Below, piece after piece: positions 55,560 to 64,000 of a stretch of DNA of 64,000 bases; position 1 is the first letter of the stretch; each line of letters opens with the position of its first letter. The notes beneath the pieces were generated by a model. The model made no database searches. It was not told the origin of the DNA and was given only the letters and a program-made list of their open reading frames with translations. Source of the DNA: Lama guanicoe (taxonomy: Eukaryota). Where the stretch lies: the NCBI GenBank assembly GCA_013239625.1, contig MU056991.1, forward strand, positions 12,241,119 through 12,305,118, read 5' to 3'. The translations under genes and the position numbers were made by a program.

Positions 55560-56760
55560 TGTAACTCCGGTTCCGACACTGGGAAGGCTGTCCCTGGTTC
55601 GCGAGGGGCCGCCGGAGCCGCCAGTCCTGGGCCGACAAGCTGTGGGGCTGCCGCGGCCTGAGCCCTCCTCCTCGGCCCTCCTCCCAGCTTTCTGGAGAAG
55701 GGAGAGGATGCAGGCGCCGGAGAAACGTGGGCTTGGGGAACCGTGAAAAATCTAGTTCGAGTAGAGCCCCCTGGGGTAACGCGGCTAAGAACCAGGGACT
55801 TCTCCCAGCGCCCCCCCTCCTCAGCCGGCCCGGGCCTCTCTTTATTTCCCTACTCGGAACAAACAGCCTGCAGTTCCCGCAGCTGCAGCGCGAGACGCGA
55901 AACGCGCGCCGGGAGCGGGGCCGGGCGGGACTCAGCCGCTCGCGCCGCTCCTCCCGCGCTCCGGCGCCGGGCCCGGGCAGGGGCGGCGCGAGACGGGCCT
56001 GGCGGTGCGGCCTCCCTCCCCCTCCCTCCGGCCCGGCCGAGGGCGGGGGCATAGGGGCGAGGCTAGGCCCCACTCCGCCGCACCCCCGCCCCGGGCAGGC
56101 GCGGGCGGAGCCCAGCCAGCCTCAGCCGGCGGCGGCGGGAGCANNNNNNNNNNNNNNNNNNNNNNNNNNNNNNNNNNNNNNNNNNNNNNNNNNNNNNNNN
56201 NNNNNNNNNNNNNNNNNNNNNNNNNNNNNNNNNNNNNNNNNNNNNNNNNNNNNNNNNNNNNNNNNNNNNNNNNNNNNNNNNNNNNNNNNNNNNNNNNNNN
56301 NNNNNNNNNNNNNNNNNNNNNNNNNNNNNNNGCCGCCTGCCCCCGGGCTGCATCGGCCGGGACGGGCGGCCGTGCCCTCCGCTGGGCAGGTGGGCTGACT
56401 GCCAGCCCCACCGTGGTCCCCTGGTCCTCCCACCCCGGTGTTGCCGCCGCGTCGCCGCCTTTGTTATGGTGTCTGTGTGTTGGTTTCTGGGGTTGTGTGC
56501 GCGCCAGGGCCGGAAACCGAAAGCCCCGGGGCCCAGCCCGTGCCGGGCGGAGGCAGTGGCCGCTCCCCTGGCCCGATTCGGGGCCCCTGCCGCGGTGAGG
56601 GAAGCGCGGCCCCCGGCCGCGGGGGCTGTCCTCACCGCCGGCACCGCTCGCCCGGCGCGGAGAGACGCCTGGCGGGGTTATGTAACTCGCCTGTCCGGGG
56701 GCCGGGAAGGGCTCGGGCTGGGGAGGGGGGTGGTCGCAACCTTTCTTCTTGCCCCGGCTT
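55560..56760 (+). promoter_or_regulatory. LIN9: LIN9 CpG-island promoter / exon 1 region (coding start probably inside N-gap 56144-56331)
   Basis: Very high GC/CpG with GC boxes; E2F-like TTCCCGC 55874, CGCGAAA 55896, GGCGGGA 55924 and 56134; lies ~6 kb upstream of LIN9 exon 2; PARP1-LIN9 order matches known mammalian synteny; no MAELDQLPDE-coding sequence seen outside the gap. Confidence 0.8.
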
Positions 56761-57489
56761 CTGATCTTGTCCTGTCACAGTTCCTGCCTCTACAGGCGCT
56801 TGTGATCTTCACTGCCCTTCCCTCCCTCCGGTGTGTCCACCCCTGGAAGTGTTTCCGTGTCAAAGGGCTGGCCCCTTCCCCTGGGACCACAGGTGGCTTT
56901 GGACCTTTCAAGAGATAATCCAGACTGGGTACACAAGTGTTCAGGTAGCCCCCATCTGTAGAGTTTCTTCTGTGCGTATGTGTCTTAAGAATCATGGGGG
57001 TACCTTTATGCATGGATGTGTCCATCACAGCCTGCATAGATAGTACTCTTCCGGACATACCCCTGTGCATTGCCTCCCTTGCCCATGTTTACTCATCTCG
57101 CCGTCTCAGACATGTATGCTCACTTATGTTTAGTAAGTAAAAGCACTAATTTCATAGTTTAAGCACAGCAGTACCTAATTTTGTAATTTACAGTATTGTA
57201 TAAAGTATATAAAAAAGCAAATCTTTTAGTTAATTACAAAGGGTCCTGATCCACATTCACCGTTCAGTTTATGCATACATATCATTTGTGCGAGTTTTAG
57301 TGTAACAAAAACAAAAGGCTGTTAAACCTATCTGTGCAAGACGCTTTTAAAATGAGAGCTCAATACAACCCATTCTGTTTTCCTTATAGGATCATATATT
57401 CTTAATGTGTGATAAAGTTGACAGTTTGAGTTGCCAAACTGGTGAAAAGTTGTATTAAAATAGTTTGTGTTTTAAGTTTGCTCCAGACC

Positions 57490-57700
57490 ATGGGCTGAAT
57501 TCCAATAGAACTTTCTCAGTGATGGAAATGTTCTATTTTTTGACGTCCACTAGGGTAGCCACTAGCTACATGTGGCTATGGAACTCTTCAGATGTGGCTA
57601 GAGAGACAGAGGAACTGAGTTTTTATGTTTCATCTGATTTTTGTTTATTTAAATTAAACAGGTGTGTGTGGCTGATGGCTACTGTGTTGGACAAGTCACA
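57490..57700. mobile_element. MER3-like hAT element in LIN9 intron 1
   Basis: tccaatagaactttctcagtgatggaaatgttcta...gtagccactagctacatgtggcta...gtggctgatggctactgtgttggaca. Confidence 0.75.
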
Positions 57701-58319
57701 ACTGTACACCTCCCATGAATTTTATTGTTTCTTGTTTGGCAAATAGCGTTGATTGCGATTTAGGACGCTCCTAAATAAAGGTGGGCCTACTGAACACAAT
57801 GTGCTTCTCATCTTGAAATCTTTGCTCTCTTTGTTATTTAAGATGTTTTATCACTCCTTGGAAGTCAAGGACACTAGATAACTGTCATTTAGAATATTTG
57901 CTAATCATCATTAAACATTTATTGAGGAGTTACTGTAGTTCTTTGTAGACACTTGGGGCTCATCCTGGGGTTCAAATTCCAGCTCTACTCTCAAACTATG
58001 TAACATAGTCATTTATATTGCTTTGTGACATCTCTGGTGCACAAGGGTGTGTGTGGGCATACCTTAACTTGTGTCGTGTCTTATTTAGCTTGACTACAGC
58101 TTGTTGAAAGCAGGGATTGCCTTACTTGGTTTGTCACAAATCAGGTATATTTAAATACTTAGTTTATGGAATTGAATGTAGTGTAAGAGTCATTGTTAAC
58201 GAAACTGGGGCATAGGTTTGAAAAAGGAAAATGATTTCAGTTTGATACTGGAAGTAGCAATTTGTTTCTTTGCCAATTTTATTTGAGGCAGCTAGTTTTT
58301 AAGTTATCCCATAGCCAGT

Positions 58320-60140
58320 ATAACCTTAGTAATAAAAGCTACCATTTATTGTGTACTTACTATGAACCAGATATGTGAAGCATAATGTATATATTAGCTT
58401 ATTTAATCCTCATTCCAAGTTAGATAAATATTCTTATTAATTTGATTTTAGATTTGAGGTAACTAGGCTATCTTCAGCACAGATCTTTCCTCTGAGCTCC
58501 TGTACTTAATATTACCTCTTGCCCATTTCACATCACCTCTTAATGTCTCAAAGGTCCCTCCAGCCTTATGGGTTCAAGATCTACATCATAATCCTACCCC
58601 AGTACAGAGATATTTCCAGTGGTTCCTGTTGTAATGAATGGTACCACTAAGCATTTAGTTGAAACCTAGATAGAGGTTATCTTCAGCACTTCCCATTTTT
58701 AAGCCTTTACTAAATTTTGTAACTTTTACCTTCTAAATGTCTCTCGGTTTTACCTATTTCTCACCTTCACCCTAGCCCAAAGGCCCCCCTTTTTTTGTGG
58801 GGCCTTTGCATATGCTGTTCTCTCTGCTTGGAAAGCTTTTCCTTCCCAGTTCCAGTTAACTTCTACTTATCTTTTAGATCACATTTTAAGCTTCTGTCCT
58901 CCCTGACAAATACTACATCTTATTAAATCTTTTCATACCACTGTGTAATTTCTTAGTGGCAACTGTCACAGTTGGCAGCCTTACATTTGTTACTGTGATT
59001 GCTTGGTTGACTTTGATTAGATGCCCCACCACTTTACCTTTTTTCATACCACTCTTCCCCTGCCAGCGACTTCTCAAGCACATTGCCCCCCACTTTCCTT
59101 GACTATTCTTAATGTTTTACCTTAGGGCTTTTTTACCTATTTCTTTTGCCTTGACTCATTGCTTGACCTTCTGCCCTCTCACGGCTAGTCCTTCTCAGAT
59201 GTTAACTCCTCAGAGACGCCTTCCCTAACTACTCTACATAAAGTTACTCCCTACACTGAACCTCCTCCAGTATGGTTGTCATTTTATGTACTTGTTTATT
59301 GTGTGTCTCTTCCCACTACATAGTAATCTCCCTGAGAACAGAGATTTTGTCTGTCTTTTCCTTGAGATAACCCCAGTCCCTAGAATAGTGCTATGGCAGA
59401 TATTCAGTAAATATTTGTTGAATGAATGAACACCCCTAGTTAAAGCAAGATTCTATTTAATTGAATTCATCTGCCTATAAAATAATATTCTTAATTTAAT
59501 GGTTTTGTTTTAATTGATAAAAGTAAGTTTGATATAAAAGTTAGTCATGTACTATGTGCATTGTTCTCTAAGCAGTTTTACATATACTAACTCATTTAAT
59601 TCCCATTTTACAAAAGAAAAATAAGCAGAGAGGTTAAGTAACTTGTTTAAGGTAACACAGTAAGAAAGCAGAGCCAAAATTCAAACACACCTAGTCTGCA
59701 TGTGTGTTCTTAACCACTATGCTCTACTGTCTCTCAAGAAAGGAAGAAGGTTAAAGGTGGTAGGTCAGAATCTGCAGGATATAGTCCCTGCCTTCATGGA
59801 GCAGGAATGAGTATCTTTACAGCTTACACCTCTTCCTTCAGATCACTGCTCAAATATCACCCTTCATAGAAGCTAATCATGAACACCTTATAGAAAAAGT
59901 CTTCCCTCTACCAACCCCTGCCCTACATTACCTATCCTTATTATCCTGCTTTATTATTTTTTTTCCAGTAGTGCTTATCATCCCTTGATAATGGGTATTT
60001 GTTTGTTTCCCCTCACGAGAATGTACACTGCAGGGAAGCATCAGGACCATCAACTTTGTTTTGTGTGCTGTCAGTATTCTAGTGCCTAGAGCAGGGACCA
60101 GGATGCAGTCAGCATTCTACACATACTCACTGAATGACTA
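58320..60140. mobile_element. Cluster of L2 and MIR fragments in LIN9 intron 1
   Basis: L2-like gggcctttgcatatgctgttctctctgcttggaa and cagtaaatatttgttgaatgaatgaa; MIR-like cagagaggttaagtaacttgtttaaggtaacacag. Confidence 0.6.
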
Positions 60141-61054
60141 AATGGTTACTGCCTTTTCTCAAATGAACCATATTTCTCTTGGTAGCTGCATCGATATGTA
60201 CCCTGTCTACTACTGCTGCTTCCCAGTTGTGCTGTATTGTTTGAGGCTTTTTAGCAAGACTTTATGGCCTCTCTCCCCCACTTTTTCCCGTATGGTTTTA
60301 CAGCCTTTGATCATTAACTTCAGTTTGCCATATAGAAGCTGTTAAGGGATCCTGTTAATCATTCTCCACATCTAGGCAAGGGAGTAGGGGAAAGCAAGAG
60401 TGACTTTGATGTTGATGGGTTATCTGTTCTTTAAGCCTCTCATACTGCCTTGCAGAGAAGTTAGTTGAGGATCAGAGATCTGAGATACATAAAAATGTTT
60501 CATAGCTAGAACTGGAATACTTTATCTGTTATTTCTCAAAATCTTTTATCCATTTATATGAATTGTAAATCATTGCTTCTTTTGTTAAACACCAAGGAGA
60601 ATTAATCTGTTTTCTCTGATTTTTGTACTTAGTTCATATTCTTCTATCTTACTTTATTCCCTGAGATCATCCTTTATTTATTTTTCTGTTTTGTGTAATG
60701 TCATAACGGACTGGCCCCTTAAAGATGTTTACAGACATTTTTAGCAAGCCACTTACAAATTTGTCTTTTCTCAATGTAAGTAAACAGCCAACCTTTCAAA
60801 TAACATCACCACTGCCTGATTTTAGATTATATTTTTTTCAAACAAATGGATGTCACAGTAACTGAGATGAGAAATAATTGATTCTAAAATAAAACAAATT
60901 TTTAAGTGAGGAATGATATATAATAATTTGGCTATACTAAAAGAAAAAAGGCATTCTAAACGATTTTTTTGACTTAGAAGAGGGAGACTTTGCTCATCAG
61001 TAATTCTATGAATAATTTCTACTTTGGAGCATGGAAAGGTTTTTGTCCTGTTAA

Positions 61055-61492
61055 TTTCTTTTATTGAGATATAATTAACATATATGTTACACATGTTTTT
61101 ATGTTATATGTTACTAACATTGTATTAGTTTTAGGTGTACAGCATAATGACTTGACATATGTATTTGCATATTGCAAAATAATTATCACAATAAGTTTAG
61201 TTAACACCTATCACCACAGTTACAGTTTTTTTTCTTATGATGAGAACTTCTAAGATCTACTCTTTTAGCAACTTTCAAATATACAGTATAGTATTGTTAA
61301 CTAGTTACCATGCTGTATATTACATCCCTAGGACTTATTTATCTTATAACAGCAAGTTTGTACCTTTTGGCTCCCTTCACATATTTTGCCCATCCCCCAC
61401 CCCCTGCCTCTGGCAAACACCAGTTCTCTGAGTTTGGTTTTGTTTTTGTTTTTGGGGTTTTTTAGATGTCATATAAAAGTAAGAGAGATCAT
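61055..61492 (-). mobile_element. L1MA-type 3' UTR fragment
   Basis: tttattgagatataattaaca...taagatctactcttttagcaactttcaaatatacag...gtttgtacctttt. Confidence 0.75.
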
Positions 61493-62292
61493 CCTTTATT
61501 ATTTTCAAATGACTTGAGCTTCTTTGTAGTATACATATCCAACTCTGAAATTTTCAGTTTAGTCCTCTCCCTCTCTCATAAAAACTTCTTTCCCTATCAG
61601 TTCTTCCCCTCACCCATAGGTCCTGCTCTTTATTTACACCAGAACCTGTTGCCCAGTGTTTCTCAAATGGGCCTGAGGGTTACCTGCAATAGAATCCCCT
61701 GAGGACCTTTATTAATCATACAGATTCTGCATGTGTGAGGAGCTCCCAAGTTATTCTATACACTAATGTTTTAGTCAGTGAACCCCTCCAACTCTACGCC
61801 AGCCACTCTTGGCTATTCTGAACTCCTAATCCAGCTTGGATCTTTTAGAGTTGCACACACCTGCATTCTAGACTTCCTGCTGACAGTCCTGGATCGTTTC
61901 CATTTTCTTTTTTCTCCACTCTGATAACACTTCTGATCTTTGCCTCAATAAACATCAGTTCCCTTTTCTCTTTTCCTTCTCCAGTACTGACACACTTCTG
62001 GATAAGGATTCAGAATTGCTTCAGTCCCTACTCTTCCTCTTTCCACATTTTTCTTTCTTAGAGAGGTCTCCAGTTCTCACAGTTTCAAACATGACTCCCA
62101 AATGTCTCCAGTTCTCCTTATGTTATCTGAGTTCTGGTCAGTAGCTTGAATTGTCTGCTGGTTATTTCACACTGCACATCCCACTGTCACTTCAATCTCA
62201 ACTTTGCTAAAAAATGGATCACATTTACCCCTAAACCAAGCTCTTCTTTGCTCACTTGATTATAAACTAATACAGATTTGTTTTCATTGCAG

Positions 62293-62325
62293 GCTCTTCA
62301 GCAAAAGCCCTTGTAAGTTTAAAAG
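62293..62325 (+). CDS. LIN9: LIN9 exon 2 (33-nt microexon; MuvB/DREAM core subunit)
   Basis: ttttcattgcag|GC TCT TCA GCA AAA GCC CTT GTA AGT TTA AAA G|gtaaga = (S)SSAKALVSLK(E), matching recalled LIN9 N-terminus MAELDQLPDESSSAKALVSLKEGS. Confidence 0.88.
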
Positions 62326-62639
62326 GTAAGAATCATAGCACGATTCTTTAGGTATGGCATAAATAAGAAATTTAATTCATTAAGTTAATTTGGATATAGT
62401 ATTTTTCTTTTCTTTTCAAGTTATGGTTCACTATAGCATATAGATACTGGTTTTCACTGATGATAACTTTAAATTCATATGGCAAATTAGCCCTTGGTTT
62501 TTCCCCCTAGAATTTTCTTTTTCATTTTTCAGTTTTATTAAGTAGAATTGTTACAATTTGACTGCACATATACAATATATTGCATATAAATACATATACA
62601 CAATATAATGCACATATTTTTTAAATTTATATATATGTA

Positions 62640-62802
62640 TCATTTTTTATTTTATTTTTTATTGAGTTATAGTCAGTTTACAATGTTTTGTCAATTTTTG
62701 GTGTACAGCACAATTTTTCAGCCATACTTGAATGTACGTATAGTCTTTTTCACTGTGAGCTACTATAGGATCTTGTATATATTTCCCTGTGCTATACAGT
62801 AT
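62640..62802 (-). mobile_element. Short L1 3'-end insertion in LIN9 intron 2
   Basis: tttttattgagttatagtcagtttacaatg...ggtgtacagcacaatttttcag...tttccctgtgctatacagta; same family as the 40437 copy. Confidence 0.75.
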
Positions 62803-64000
62803 GTTCATTGTTTCTGAGAGTTTAGAGCTTTAGCCTTTTAAACTTAACATAGTTATCAAATCCCCCTAGAATTATTGATTAAAGAACCTTCTAACTAAAC
62901 ATTCCAGACAATTCTCACTAGATTTAAATCATTTATTAACAACTGAGCTAAGCTGTATTTTTACATAATCATTTATTTTTTAAGAATCTTATCTTCTAAG
63001 TAATAATGCAAGTCTCTTGAAATAAAAGAATGATAGTACTTTTTCTGGGAAAAAGTTAGACATGTTCCTTGGTCTTGCTGTTTCTGTCTGTAAGTATATT
63101 AGACCAACCATCTTAATATAATTTATTTTGAAGTTTTGCCTCCTGAGCAAGATTCTGGTGGTTAAGTAAATTTGGAACCAATCTAGATCCTCTCAAAGGT
63201 TCATTAGTACTTTTAGTTTTAAAGCTATGGTGTACTTTGGATTGGTGATCTATCAAATTAAGTCCTTCTAGCTTGAGAACACTTATCTTCCAGAATTACC
63301 CTAATTTATTTGCCTAGCAAGATCAACCCCATCCCATCTCTTTTCTTTTGTACTTCTTAAAATATACATCTGAAAATGTATTCCATTAATTTGTTCCTCT
63401 CAATATTAGAGCCATTTTTCTTTTTAAGAAAATATATGTGATGTAAATTTCTATAGAAAAAAATTAGAAAATACTGTTGAGCAATTAGAAGGAGATAAAA
63501 ATAACTCTTGTGTATATTCATCCCAGTTTTCTATATCTCTAAATAAATCCACCTTCTTTATAAAAATTAAACTCACCTTCTTTGTTTTTATAACATGTCT
63601 TAATATTCATAATGTCGATTACTTGATTAGATTTTTTTTCTGGTTGCTTACAACTCTGAAGACATCTCTTTGAATTAAGGAAAACAGAAGCACCACACAT
63701 TTCATTTTTGGATGTCAGAGGTTTCACACATTGAAGTAGAAAGCATTTAGAAATATGCTCTAAATTCAAGGATAAAGGAGCTTTTTCCATTTTTTTCCCT
63801 GCCTGCTTTCAATCAGATTACTGAGGTAGTTCTTGGCAAATTAGAATAGAGGAATTATTGAAACTCAAAATGAAATAAGCCACACATGTTTTAATATGAA
63901 AATTTAATACTTTCAATTAGCATTGCCTTGTCAAATTATTTAGTGATTTTGAAACAAAATTACAGAAGAGATTTTTCATTGTAACAAACTAAAATTATTA

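Noticed and set aside
55261-56918. Many long overlapping ORFs (up to 270 aa) on both strands
   Set aside because: Low-complexity Pro/Arg/Gly/Ala translations expected from a stop-poor CpG island; several run through Ns; no recognisable domain.

Overview
Mammalian genomic DNA, probably a camelid (three tRNA-Ala-derived vic-1-like SINEs and cetartiodactyl-type L1 3' ends; no Alu, Bov-tA or CAN-SINE seen). The window holds the 3' part of PARP1 on the + strand: 19 coding exons (exons 5-23, human numbering) at 1740-27015, all GT-AG. They splice into one open frame covering the caspase site/NLS, Zn3, BRCT, automodification linker, WGR, HD and the ART domain with its H-Y-E triad. A 3' UTR with two poly(A) regions follows. 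Next is a repeat-rich spacer of about 28 kb with an orphan CpG-rich promoter-like element (~28.9-29.4 kb), an ERV-L integrase/dUTPase relic, MaLR, DNA-transposon and L1 fragments, and a 3'-truncated IDI1 processed pseudogene. The LIN9 CpG-island promoter comes last; its first coding exon most likely lies in an N-gap, and its 33-nt exon 2 is at 62293-62325. I found no convincing new multi-gene system. The best leads are (i) the U12-type last intron of PARP1, which splits the catalytic Glu codon so that retention or cryptic splicing would give NMD-escaping isoforms keeping Glu-Tyr but losing the C-terminal 25 aa, and (ii) the NRF1/ETS CpG element downstream of PARP1 next to the ERV-L relic. Gene, repeat and human-residue assignments come from recalled sequences, not database searches.
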